Source: Hyaloraphidium curvatum SAG 235-1 (taxonomy: Eukaryota; Fungi; Monoblepharomycota). Taken from it: DNA of 64,000 bases. Position numbers and translations under genes: made by a program. The stretch spans positions 1 to 64,000 of the forward strand of contig JAIVFI010000046.1 of assembly GCA_025558095.1 (NCBI GenBank), given 5' to 3'. Below the pieces are notes generated by a model that made no database searches, was not told the DNA's origin, and saw only the letters and a program-made list of their open reading frames with translations. Below, piece by piece: positions 32,726 through 43,699 of this stretch; positions within the stretch are counted from its first letter, which is position 1, and the number at the start of each line of letters is the position of its first letter.

Positions 32726-33757
32726 TCACATCCTGGCACCCGGCATGCTTGCGCCCCGCTTCCTCGACACGTAATCGTCGACCTCGAACTGCCGCGGGTA
32801 CCTCCTGGCCTCCCCCCCCTCGCCCGAAACCGCGTACGCCCGCCCGCGCCATTCCTCGTCCGTGACGGCGGACCAGAACGCGTCCACCACGCTCTCCATC
32901 GGCGTCCAACCTCCCGCCGCATCCATGGAGCCCGGCAACGCCCGCTCCACGTTCTCGGGGGTGGCGACTTCCCTGCGCTGCGTCGGGAGTCAGGGTCGAG
33001 CGGAGGTGGCCCGTGGGCGGGAACGCACCAGGACAGCCGACAGGTCCTTCCGCATCATCCTGGTCCACACGGGGCCGGGCATGACGACGTTGAACCTGAT
33101 CGGGGAGCGCGCGAGGCCACGCTTCCTGGCTTGCGCTTCCGCCAGCCCCTGCATGTTGAGCGCGAACTCGATCTGCCCGCTCTTGGCGATGCAGTCTGCA
33201 TGCCGGGTCAGCGCCGCCGACGGATCGGGGCCCGCAGGGAACCCACACGACATGGCATTGTTCGGGAGCCCGGCGCCGTGGAGCCCGTGTATCCCGGCCA
33301 TCGACGAGGTGATCACGCACGCGGCGGGCATCCCGTCCGCGAGCCACGCCGACGCCGCGAGCCGGCACAGGAGCAGGGTGCCGACGAGGTTGCCCTCGAT
33401 CCCGCGGATCCACGGCCCGTCGTCGCCCGGCAGTAGGCAGTCCCGCAGGTAGTTCTCCCCCGCGAAGCCGGCGTTGGCGACCACGACGTCGACACGGCCG
33501 TGCAGCGCGACGCCAAAGTCCCACGCCACCCGCACGCTGCCGCGGTCGCAGATGTCCATTTTGACGTGGACGAGGTGCGATTCCGGGACGCCGCATTTGG
33601 CGCGCATTTCGGCGACGGCGATGGCGGCGGCCGTGGCGTCGCGGGAGGCGACGACGACGCGGCAGCCGGCGGAGAGCAGCCGCTCCGACACGGCGCGGCC
33701 GATGCCCTCGGTGCCGCCCGAAACGAGGGCGGCTCGCCCGCGGACGTCGAAGGTCAT
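32726..33757 (-). CDS. Classical SDR, copy B (inverted paralog of 27190-28232); 2 introns
   Basis: N-terminal half nearly identical to copy A; spliced YCIAK; C-terminus diverged. Confidence 0.85.
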
Positions 33758-34236
33758 TCCGGGAGGCTGTTGGTGAGCGACTCAAGGGGCCAAAGGGCGG
33801 ATTCGATGTTTGCCGTGTCCTTGGGGAGACAGGGCTGAATACGGAATGTTCCGAGGAACAGTGAGGATACTTCGATCGAGGGCGCTGCAAGGCAGCAATT
33901 ATGGCGCTGCTCGTGTCCAACGCCCTTCTCAGGCTTGCACGACGCCCACCACTTGAGGTCTGAAGCCGTGGGAGACGACGGGCCGGGCGTGACGTCGAGG
34001 CTGTGCTGCTCCGCCCCACATCCCTCCGCCACCTTCTAGAACCGGGAACCGGACAGCCCCGCGGAGCGGAGTCATTGCGGAACGGAAGACCGGCAAGCGG
34101 CGTAGCCTTCCGAGAGCTATATCATCCCGCACTTGCAGCGGTCCTCCACCATACCAAGCACCGAAAGCAAAGCGACCTAGCGCAACCACGCAACCTCCCC
34201 TCAAAGCAGCCCAACCAACAACCCGCACAAACTACC

Positions 34237-35300
34237 ATGTCGTCCACCCCCACCCCCACCATCACCTTCAACCTCCTCCACCCAGCCGTCGCCGCCGTCG
34301 ACCTCACCAAGGTCCGCCGCCGCGTGCTCCGCGAGCACCCGTCGTGGACCGAGGCCCGCGCCGATGCCGCCGTCGAAGAGTACCGCCGGTTCGCCACGCT
34401 GGCGGCGAGGGGTGTGAGCATGCCTCCTTGCCTGGACGTCGACGAGATCTGGTGGGTCTCCTTCCTGTGATCCGACCATGGTGCCAACATCTGACGCGGG
34501 TCGCCTTGGATGACAGGCACGCGCACATCCTGCACACCATCGACTACGCCGCCTTCTCCCGGGCCCTCCTCGGGCCCGGCGGCTTCATGCACCACGTGCC
34601 CGCCGACCCCGAGGACACCCCCGCCGCGCAGCGCGGCGCGATGTCGGAGGCTTACGCCGAGGGGCTGCGGGCCTACCGCGCCGCCTTTGGCGAGGACCCG
34701 CCGGCCATGTGGGGAAACGAGATGTCCCCGGACGCGGACGCGGACTGCGCCGCCCTGTTCAAGGACGACGACTGCGGGGGAGCTTCCAAGGAAGGCTTCT
34801 GCGCGGTCCTTTTCAAGGAGGCCGACCTGGCGGGCGCCAAGCACGCCCTGTGCCTGAAGCCCCCCGCAGCCAACCAGGCAGACACCGGGCTCGCGCTTTG
34901 CATGCACTGGGATCCCTCGACGAGGGCCGGCGAGGGGGCCTTCTGCGTGACGGGGGACAATGTCGGCGCTGCTCCGTGCCTCAAGCATCCCGCCAAGACG
35001 GCAGGCCAGGCCTTCTGCGCCAGGGGCGGCCTCTGCGAACCGCAGCCCGCCGTGCAGGACATGGGCCAGGCGGCGCTCTGCTGGGGCATCGTCGAAAGCC
35101 TTGCGCAGCAGGCGGAGATGGGACGCGGGGCCGCGCTCTGCTTCAAGCCCCCCGCCAACGCTGCGGGACAGCAGGCACTCTGCGCCTCAGTGGGATCCCC
35201 CGCACTCGGCAAGGCCGGAAGGCAAGCCCTGTGCGCCTCGGTCGGGAGGGTCGCTCTCTCCCAGATCGCGTGCGCGGCGGTGCTGTCTGTTTCCGCGTAG
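34237..35300 (+). CDS. GRDP/DUF1399-like domain fused to a Cys-repeat tail, copy B; intron 34452-34516
   Basis: Splicing gives DVDEIWHAHILHT; tail of ALC/AFC/GFC/APC repeats. Confidence 0.8.
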
Positions 35301-35458
35301 GCAAAGGCCCAATGCTCAGGTCTACATGTATGGAGCCCATCAGTCAATATCGAGTCATTATCGCAGTCTCGTTGAACGTCGTTCCTCCGTCGTTTGGCGA
35401 CCGATCGCATCCCCGAACCTCCTCCCGCGAGCGACCACGCGTCACCACATGATTCATA

Positions 35459-37066
35459 CTATCGCTCCCGCCCGCCGTCGGCGTCCATATCCAGCCCATC
35501 GCCCCCGTACCGCGCCGCCCAAGTGACCACCCACTCCCTGCACGCATCCCCCATCGCCTCCTTCGCACCCGTCACCCCCTTCAGCACATCCCGCACGCCG
35601 TCCCAACCCCCCTGCGGCAACCCGTCCTCCATCCGACGGTACTTGCACGACGGGTAGTGCGCCAACAGGTCCCCCCTCTGCCAGCCCCGCCCGGGCTCCG
35701 GGCGGCCGGGGATGGGCGGCCCGCGGTGGGGCGGGCACGCGGCGTGCAGGGACGGCGGGTAGGCGTTGATCGCGTGCTGTGGCAGGAACAGGGCGCGATC
35801 CGAGTAGGCGGCGGGGAGGAGGGCCGAGAGGGCGTGGCGGAGGGATGCCTGCTCGTGGTAGAGCGGCACGTGCAGGGAGAGGGCGGGGAGGGGGGGAACG
35901 CCCGGGTCGCGGGATGCGGCGGGGCCTTCGGTGGCGGAGAGGTGGAAGTGGAAGGATTGGAGGCAGGGGAGGGTGAGGTTGGCTAGCAGGCGCTGGATGC
36001 TCACGCCGTTGGTGACGTTGGGACGACATCCCTCGTCGAGGAGATGAAGGCGGCCAAGAAGCGCCGACCTCCCCGCGTATATGTCCATCGCATCGTCGTC
36101 GTCCGCCCCCTTCTTCGCTTCCGGAATCACCAGGCCCGGCACCCCCGCCCCATACGCCCCCCACGCAGCCCTGAGAAGGAGCAGCGCCGCCGGCGACGCC
36201 CGCCACAGCACCGACCCCGAGTTGGGGCCGTTGCAGTCCGCGGTCATGACGAGGTCCACCTTCCCGCCTCGGGTGCCACGGGTGCGGGCGCCCGTGCGGG
36301 GGTCCACCCCGTGCTCGCGGAGGAGCTCCGCGATGCGGATGGAGTGGTTCGTGACCACCGCATCCGCATCCACAGCCCATATCCACCTCCCCGTTGGGTT
36401 CTTTTCGGCATCCCCTTCCCCGTCCGCCGCATCCTCGAGCAACGCCTCCATCAGGAGGATGGTCGCCCGCACCTTGCTAAAGTGCGGCGTCCGGCTCTTG
36501 CACAGCGAGCCCCGCACGAGGTGGCATGCAGCCCCACTGGCGAGGCAATATTTCACCTTGTTCGCCCACGAGACGGCGAGGTACGCCACGGGGCTGGCGT
36601 ACGCGGGGGGCTCCGCGGCGGAAAGGATGGTAATGATGCGCCGGCGGGACTCCAGGTCGGGCGGGGGCTCGAGGGCGGCGTAGGTCCTCGGGGCAGGAGA
36701 GGGAGGAGGATCGTCGATGGCCACTGTGAGGACGTGCAGGTCTATGCCGGGGTCCGCAGCGGCGGCGGCGGCGTGCGGGGCAGCCAGGTGCCATCCCTCG
36801 CGAGGTCCCGGGGGCGCCCCTTGGCCGACCAGGAGCTCGGACAGCTCGTGGGCTCCGGTGCCGGAGTTCCATGCGGCGAAGCGGTGCACCGCGGCCCTCT
36901 CCCCGGCGGTGCCGCGAACGGTGGTCCACGCCGAGCCTGCCGGGTAGGGTTCCTCCAGGGTCCCCGGGGCAAAGAGCGAGAGCGAGAGCAAGGAAGCCGC
37001 CAGGGCAACGGCGCGGAGCAGCGGGACGGGGATGCGCATGGCCGTCGCGGAAAGCAGGATGGCCAT
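35459..37066 (-). CDS. GT34 glycosyltransferase, copy B
   Basis: Direct-orientation paralog of 29368-30963 with the same motifs. Confidence 0.8.
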   Translation of the reverse strand: MAILLSATAMRIPVPLLRAVALAASLLSLSLFAPGTLEEPYPAGSAWTTVRGTAGERAAVHRFAAWNSGTGAHELSELLVGQGAPPGPREGWHLAAPHAAAAAADPGIDLHVLTVAIDDPPPSPAPRTYAALEPPPDLESRRRIITILSAAEPPAYASPVAYLAVSWANKVKYCLASGAACHLVRGSLCKSRTPHFSKVRATILLMEALLEDAADGEGDAEKNPTGRWIWAVDADAVVTNHSIRIAELLREHGVDPRTGARTRGTRGGKVDLVMTADCNGPNSGSVLWRASPAALLLLRAAWGAYGAGVPGLVIPEAKKGADDDDAMDIYAGRSALLGRLHLLDEGCRPNVTNGVSIQRLLANLTLPCLQSFHFHLSATEGPAASRDPGVPPLPALSLHVPLYHEQASLRHALSALLPAAYSDRALFLPQHAINAYPPSLHAACPPHRGPPIPGRPEPGRGWQRGDLLAHYPSCKYRRMEDGLPQGGWDGVRDVLKGVTGAKEAMGDACREWVVTWAARYGGDGLDMDADGGRER

Positions 37067-37694
37067 GCGGACCGGCGCGGTCGCCCGCGCGAGCAGGCCC
37101 GATGCGCCGCGGTCCGCGGTGCCTCCGACCTTGCAATGGGAAGCGGCTCCGGAATGCAGTTCACGCGACGCCACTCGGTGCCCATCCCTGTGTTTTCGGG
37201 TGTTTTGGCGACGGACGGGTTTTGGCGCCCTCAGCGGCGAGGCTTTCTTTCCCCGCCCCCGAACCCTCGGCATGCATCGCATGGTCGTGGTCCGGGGGCA
37301 AGCAACAGAGGACGGAAGAATTGCAGCTCGCCGCACCCGCACGGCGGGGATACGGCCGGTGCATCGGGGCCAGTGACAGCGGGTGATGCCTCCGTCCGAT
37401 TCACACGGCCGACGTGCGCAAAGTTCTCTCACGCTTCCCCCGGCCCAGCCCGCCATAACCCGCCCCTTGGGCAGGTCCGCGGAGTCAAAAAGGATCTGGA
37501 TCGGGCGCCCACGTCCACGTCGACGCCGTTCGGGTATTGAACCCATGCGGCCGGTCGGGCGGTGGTTCGATCGGGAGGTTTAGGAGGTACGCCAAGCGGC
37601 AGCCCAATGCCAGAGTCGTTCATCATGAACGGAAAAAGCGGTTTTTATCTTTTTTGGCCCCCAATGTCACGCAGTTGTCTGCGGCTCACGATAC

Positions 37695-38110
37695 CGGGAC
37701 ACGGGGAGTCTAGAAAGGAATCCTCAAAAGACTCCATTCGCGATCCCCTCCACTGCTACAGCAACGACAAAAGACCCGGTTTCCTCCGGTCCATCAAGAT
37801 CGAGTCCACCACAACCGACGGGGATCGCTGGTTCCAAGACAGGCCGCGATCGGCTGCCGCGGAGGCTTCTCAGCAAGCGCGCCATCATGTCACCGGGGCG
37901 AAAACTCACCCTTCTTGCGCCGCTTAGGTGCACAGCTGCGAAATGCACTGCACGGAACCCGGTCAGCACGGCCGCCAGCCGCTGCCAGGCGCGATGGAGA
38001 CCGACCTGCCCGAGCGGGATGCCCCTGACCGCGCTCACGATCCTGCAGACGTCGTGGCACCCCACGATCCCGCCCTCGGCGCACACGCGCGAGATGCACC
38101 GCCCGAAAAT
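37695..38110. repeat. Degenerate dispersed repeat or gene relic; inverted partner at ~43700-44106
   Basis: Shared blocks gactccattcgcgatccc, caacgacaaaagacccggtt, aggtgcacagctgcga, acctgcccgagcgggat. Confidence 0.75.
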
Positions 38111-38767
38111 CCTGGCCGGTGCCGTAGACGATGCGGCAGAAGTCCTGGCACGAGATGATGGGGAGGCCGGGGGAGCCGCTGCCGGAGCCGGGCCGCCGCC
38201 GGCGCCGTGGCCGGCTTCGGCGGCGGAGGCGAGGGCGAGGGCGGCTGGATGAGGATCCGAGAGGGTTCGCCCCTCCATGCATCCCGTCGCAAGGAGTGCC
38301 CACAAGGGGTATCTTCCCTCCCGCTGGGCCCGGAGCGTCGAAGGAACTTGACCCCGCGGCTGGAGCCATGCCATGGCGCGGGGTCAATCAGCACGTCCCA
38401 CCGCACATCACCATGTCGGAACGCACGATCCGCAGTCATCCCGACGATATCTTTGTGCCCGATGCACCTCTGACCGCTGCTTTCCAGCTTCGACGCGCCA
38501 TCGGGCCGAGCGGGGTGGCGCGGTGCGGGGATCCGGCCGCCGCGCATCCGCGGGCGATTGCACGCACAGCGCGGCCCGCGCTGGCGTCGATAAGAGTTCG
38601 GATGCGTGCGCGATCTGCCTGCGCTTTGCCATGTGTCTCGCATGCGTTTTGTGCGTGCGCGGGGCCCGCGATCGGGATGGCTCGACGGCTGGCCGGCCGC
38701 ATCGGCCGACCCTCGCTATCCCTGTGCCGCGGCCGCGTCCGACGCGTGCCTCCCAACGCGCTGCGCG

Positions 38768-39934
38768 ATGACGTCCCCGCCGGCCGAGGAGCTGCCGGAC
38801 CTCCGCACGTGGCAGCAGGCGGGCTGGGCCGCCGGGGCGCGGCGGCGCGGGTCCCGCGCGGCGGGGAGCGGGCCGTCCCCGAGCCCCGACGCGGAGCCGC
38901 GGGTGAAGAACGACAAGGACGACGGGCGGTTCGCGCGGGGCAAAGAGCGGAGGAAGCGGTTCCGTGTGCTGCGCAACCTCGGCGCCGGCACCGGCGGCTC
39001 CGTCCGCGCCGCGATCGACCTCGACACCGGCAAGGAGGTCGCGCTCAAGACGGTGGTCAAACAACCCGCCTCTGGCGAGGTGCAACGCTCGCCCAGCGCC
39101 GGCCCCGCGGCTCCGGACCCGGCCGATCTGCGCCGCCGCTTCGACGCCATCGCGGGCGTGCGCCACCCGAACCTGCTCGCGGTCTACGAGTTCTTCGAGA
39201 CGCGCGACTCGTGCTACGTGGCCATGGAGCTCGCCCGGGGCGGGGACCTGGGAGCCTACTGCAAAGCGCGGGGGCCCCTCCCCGTGGACGAGATCCGCGA
39301 GGTGCTGCGGGGCATCCTCCGCGGGCTGGCCCACTTGCACTCCCACGGGATGGCGCACCGCGACGTCAAACCACAAAACGTCCTCCTCCTCCGCGAGAAC
39401 GACCCTTCCTCCGCCGTCCTGGCGGACTTCGACGGCTCCTTCGTGCCCTCCCCCGACCGCACCCGCGCCATGCGCAGCCTCGTCGGCACGCCCTACTTCC
39501 TAGCACCCGAGCTGGTCTCCGGGCACGACTACGGCCCCGGGGTGGACGTTCACTCGGCGGGGTGCATCGCCTTCCTCCTCGCGTGCGGGCGGACGCCGTT
39601 CGAGGGCGCGGGGGGCTTCTCCGAACTGTACTCCCGCATCCTCTCCGGGGCATGGGAGTTCCCGGACACCCCGGGCATCCCGGACGACCTGGCGGACCTG
39701 ATCAGGCAGATGCTGGCGACGGACCCCGCGGCGCGGCCGACGGCCGCGGACGCGCTCGTGCACCCGTTTTTCCGCCCCGGGAGGGACCGCTCCCGGAGCG
39801 GGGTGCGGGTGTCGTACGACGAGGACACGGGGGAGCTGCTGGTGCTTGATCGCAGCGGGGGAAGTGGGCGGCCGAGGGTGTGGGACGGGGCGATGGAGGG
39901 CAGCGGAGTGTCTCGGGACCTGGGGGCAGGGTGA
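38768..39934 (+). CDS. Dispersed copy of the DFD kinase family, intronless
   Basis: VALK, HRDVKPQN, ADFDGSF, GTPYFLAPE, SGVRVSYDEDTGEL; N-terminal LPDLRTW matches copy 5. Confidence 0.9.
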   Translation: MTSPPAEELPDLRTWQQAGWAAGARRRGSRAAGSGPSPSPDAEPRVKNDKDDGRFARGKERRKRFRVLRNLGAGTGGSVRAAIDLDTGKEVALKTVVKQPASGEVQRSPSAGPAAPDPADLRRRFDAIAGVRHPNLLAVYEFFETRDSCYVAMELARGGDLGAYCKARGPLPVDEIREVLRGILRGLAHLHSHGMAHRDVKPQNVLLLRENDPSSAVLADFDGSFVPSPDRTRAMRSLVGTPYFLAPELVSGHDYGPGVDVHSAGCIAFLLACGRTPFEGAGGFSELYSRILSGAWEFPDTPGIPDDLADLIRQMLATDPAARPTAADALVHPFFRPGRDRSRSGVRVSYDEDTGELLVLDRSGGSGRPRVWDGAMEGSGVSRDLGAG

Positions 39935-39973
39935 CCGCCACCGTCCGATCCTATGCTGCACATGACCGCCAAA

Positions 39974-41131
39974 TCACAGCTTCCCCATCGCCCGGTCCGC
40001 CGCCTCCCGCATCGCCTTGGTGGGGTGCCACATCTCCACCTTGTACCTCTCCCGCATCCGCTCCGCGCCGCCGCCGGGGGCGTGCACGACGGCGTCGACC
40101 TCGGTCTGCCACCGGGATTCAACCGATGTGCTCCTCCCCGCAACGGCGGCACACTCACGTGCAGGGTCAGCGGGACGTACCAGTGCAGCCTGTCCTTTGT
40201 AGAGTGCCCGTCCGAGTCGACGCCGTCGGGGTCGTTGGCCCACGCTGCCCAGACGGCCTCGGCGATGGCGCCCGGCGGGAGCAGGCGGTTCGGGTGCGAG
40301 GCGGGGAGGTTGGAGTACCGCGGGGCGGCGCGCTCCGAGACCACTGCGGGGGTCAAATGGGGTTAGGGGTGGGGATCTCTGTGGCATCCGGGTCGACCCA
40401 CGCGAGGTCTCGATGACGCCGGGCAGCACGTCCGCCGCGCGGAGTCCGTAGGCCCAGGGAAGCTCCACCGACAGGCTTTCGGTGAGCCCCTTGACGCCGT
40501 GCTTGGTCGCCGAGTACGTGCCCGCGCCGGGCCAGCCGAAGGTCGCCGTCGCCGACGCCGTCGAGATGACCAGTCCCCCAGGCTCGCGCTTCATCAGCGC
40601 CAGCGAGCAGTAGATGGTCACCAGCACGCCAATCAGGTTCACGCGGACGACGTCCATGTGAGTTTCGAAGGGGGTCTCGGGCCAGAGCCCGCTCCGGGCG
40701 ATGCCGGCGTTGGCAAACACCACGTCGAGCACCGCGCCGGGCGAGTTGCACCTCGCGGGCAGCTCCCTCTCCAGCCTCCCGACGAGCGCCTCGAAGCCGG
40801 GCTTGTCCGCCACGTCCAGCTTCGCCGTCAGCACGTTGTCCTCGCCCAGCTCCCGCCGCAGCGCCGCCAACCCCGGCCTCACCCTGCCCGTTGCGGCGTC
40901 GGTCTCGCCCTCCTCGACCACGTCGACGGCGACCACCAAAAACCCCTTGGCCGCGAACAGCCGCGCGGTGGCGAGGCCCATGCCGGCGCTGGCGCCTGGA
41001 GGCACCGGGTCGGCGGACGGCAGCGGGTTGCAGCGGATCGGCCCACCGGTGATCAGGATCGCGCGGCGGCGGCCGTTCGGGGCGCGCGGAGACAGGCGCG
41101 AGCGGTACGCAGCACGTTCTTGTTCGGCCAT
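39974..41131 (-). CDS. SDR, paralog of 31407-32660; about 3 in-frame introns
   Basis: RRRAILITG..GASAGMG, DVVFANAG, YSATKHGVKGLTESLSVEL, LHWYVP. Confidence 0.8.
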   Translation of the reverse strand: MAEQERAAYRSRLSPRAPNGRRRAILITGGPIRCNPLPSADPVPPGASAGMGLATARLFAAKGFLVVAVDVVEEGETDAATGRVRPGLAALRRELGEDNVLTAKLDVADKPGFEALVGRLERELPARCNSPGAVLDVVFANAGIARSGLWPETPFETHMDVVRVNLIGVLVTIYCSLALMKREPGGLVISTASATATFGWPGAGTYSATKHGVKGLTESLSVELPWAYGLRAADVLPGVIETSRGSTRMPQRSPPLTPFDPRSGLGARRPAVLQPPRLAPEPPAPAGRHRRGRLGSVGQRPRRRRLGRALYKGQAALVRPADPARECAAVAGRSTSVESRWQTEVDAVVHAPGGGAERMRERYKVEMWHPTKAMREAADRAMGKL

Positions 41132-41254
41132 GGCCGAGTTGCGGGAGACGGTGCGGGTCGTGGCAAGCGGTGGCAAGTGCTTCCCCCTTGCAGGTCTTGG
41201 CCGCTGCCGGTTTCCTACTGCGCCGTGTCAAGCACCAGCTACGGTTCCCCAGGG

Positions 41255-42199
41255 TTATGCCCCCCGGCTCTGCCTCGGCCCGAACATCCCCAGCCCCAGC
41301 TCCCCCGCCAGGAACCCCGCCGCCGCCCACCCGCGCACGCTGTTCCCCTCGCCATCCAGCGGCGGCGAGTACAAGCCGATCCCACCCCATCCGGGTGCCG
41401 CGGCGATCACCGCCCCCGACACGCCGGACTTGCCCGGCACCCCGACGTCCGCGAGCCACCTCCCCGAAGCGGTGTACAGCCCCGCGGTGGCCATCGCCGC
41501 CATCGCAGCCGTGCACGCATCCGCATCCGACGCGCGGTCCCCCGTCGACGGGTTCGAGCCGCCCAGCGCCAGCGTCCCCGCCATCCGCGCCAACTCCCCG
41601 GCGTCGGCGGACAGGCAGCACGCGCGCGTGTACAGGTCCGCGGCCTCGAGCGGGTCGCCCTCCAGCCTGCCCATCGAAGACAGCAGCAGCGCCAGGCCGC
41701 GGTTGCGGTCCCCGTGGGCCGAGGCGTACGAGTAGGTTTCCGCGTCCAGCTGGAGATCCCGCCCTGCGAAGCGGGAGATGCCCTCCCTCAGAAAGTCCCA
41801 CCGCGCGTCCGGGGTGGCGCCGGGGATCAGCGAGGCGGCGGCGAGCGCGCCGGGGTTGACCATCGGGTTTGTCCGGCCCCCGTCGCGCTCGAGCGCCGCC
41901 ACGGAGTCGAAGGGGAGGCCGGTCGCGCCGGCGCCCACAAACTGGGAAGCGCGGCGGGTTCCCACCGCAGAGCACGCCAGCGCGAATGTGAAGGGCTTGG
42001 AAACGCTCATGATCGGGAACCGCCTGTCCGCGTCGCCGGCGGAATGCACGGAGCCGCCTCGTGCGGCGGCGGCGAGCGCGAACCAGCCGCTGTCGGCGCT
42101 GGCCAGGGAGGGATGGTTCGCGGGGAGCGAGCCCGATGCGAGGGGGAGGAAGCGGGCGTGCGCGGCGGAGAGGAGGGCGGCGATGCGGGGGCCGGCCAT
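41255..42199 (-). CDS. glsA: Bacterial-type glutaminase A, intronless
   Basis: FPIMSVSKPF (SxxK), GATGLPFDS, NPMVNPGAL, YTASG, PGKSGVSG, SPPLDGEGNSVRG. Confidence 0.9.
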   Translation of the reverse strand: MAGPRIAALLSAAHARFLPLASGSLPANHPSLASADSGWFALAAAARGGSVHSAGDADRRFPIMSVSKPFTFALACSAVGTRRASQFVGAGATGLPFDSVAALERDGGRTNPMVNPGALAAASLIPGATPDARWDFLREGISRFAGRDLQLDAETYSYASAHGDRNRGLALLLSSMGRLEGDPLEAADLYTRACCLSADAGELARMAGTLALGGSNPSTGDRASDADACTAAMAAMATAGLYTASGRWLADVGVPGKSGVSGAVIAAAPGWGGIGLYSPPLDGEGNSVRGWAAAGFLAGELGLGMFGPRQSRGA

Positions 42200-42515
42200 C
42201 GCGGGACGCGGGGGGTTCGAAGGCGTTATCTCTCCGGGCGGGCGGGGCGGGGAGCGGAACGCGTTTCGGCGGCGCAATCCGGGCATTCGGGATCCGATCG
42301 ACAATATCCAGTCCAAAAGACGCGTTCCTACGATCTGCAGCTCCCAGGCAGTCTGTCTTGTGGTGCGTGTTCGGAAGCGGGACTTCGGGATCACCCGCCA
42401 ACCATCCCGTGTCTCCCGACAACGTACACGTCGACCCGCGCGAATCGCGCCTCGGACGAAGCTCCGGCTCCAGCGTTTCCGTCTCTCATCCAGCCGCAGC
42501 GTGTTGTCCCCCGCG

Positions 42516-43647
42516 ATGCGCTACCCGGCCCTCCCCGGCGTCGCGCAGCACCGCGCGGCGGTCAACGGCATCGAGCTCGACTACCTCGAGGCCGGCCCCG
42601 CCGACGGCCCTCTCGTGGTGCTCCTGCACGGCTTCCCCGAGTCCAGCTGGAGCTGGAGGCACCAGCTCCCCGCGCTGGCCGCCGCCGGCTTCCGCGCCGT
42701 CGCCCCCGACCAGCGCGGCTACGCCGGCTCGACCCGCCCCTCCGAAGTATCCGCCTACGGCACAACCCACCTCGAAGCCGACGCGCTCGCGCTGGTCGAC
42801 CGCCTCCTCCACCCGGGCGCCAAGGCCATCTTCGTCGGCCACGACTGGGGCGCCCTCCTCGTCTGGGACCTGGTCCGGGACCACCCCTCCCGCGTCAGGG
42901 CCGCGGTGGCCGTCAGCGTGCCCTACACCCCGTGGCCCGCCAAGCCCACCGACGTGCTGAAGGCCATGAGGGGCGACAAATTCCATTATATCCTGTACTT
43001 CCAGAGTGTCGGACCCCCGGAGGCGGAAATGGACCCCCAAAGGCGCGAGGTGCTCCGCCGCACCGTCTGGGCGGTCGCGGGGAGCAAGCCGGGGAGCAAC
43101 ATGTCGTACGCGGCCCCGGACGTGCCGGCCGAGGGCGGCAAAATCATGGACACGATGGCGGACACGCCCGAGGGGCTGCCCCCGTTCCTGACCGAGGCCG
43201 AGTTCGACGCGTGGGCGGCGGCGTACGACGAGTCGGGATTCTTCGGGCCCATTTCGTGGTGCGTGATCGGACGGGGGCGCCGTTCGACGTTTGAGCCTGA
43301 CGCCCGCCCCGGACCGCCCAGGTACCGCAACCTCGACACCAACTACGAGCGCACCAAGTCCATCCCCCCCTCGGTCGTTTCCATGCCCGTCTTCTTCATC
43401 GGCTCGGAGCGCGACCCCGTGCTCGCGGGGCAGCTGGACAAACTGGACGCCGTGCACGCGGCGCTGCCGGGGTACAGGGGGCACAGGGTGCTTTCCAGGG
43501 CCGGGCACTGTGGGTTGTCCACCTATCGGGGCCGTGCGGAAGCGCTGATCACGGTGCGGATTCTCAGGGACGCAGCAGGAGGAGCCGGAGGCGTTCAACG
43601 AGGCGCTGCTGGGGTTCCTCTCGTCGCTGCCGCCCGCGGACGCTTAG
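42516..43647 (+). CDS. Soluble epoxide hydrolase-like alpha/beta hydrolase; introns 43259-43321 and 43510-43567
   Basis: HGFPE, APDQRGY, GHDWG, YILYFQ, spliced ISWYRN and GHWTQQE. Confidence 0.9.
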
Positions 43648-43699
43648 ATCGCCCCGGGCGGGGTCGCCGGACGCCGTCCGCTTCTTTGACACGCCGCTC

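Larger units (their letters stand above)
32726..35300. repeat. Right arm of the inverted segmental duplication
   Basis: Reverse complement of 25638-28232. Confidence 0.95.
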
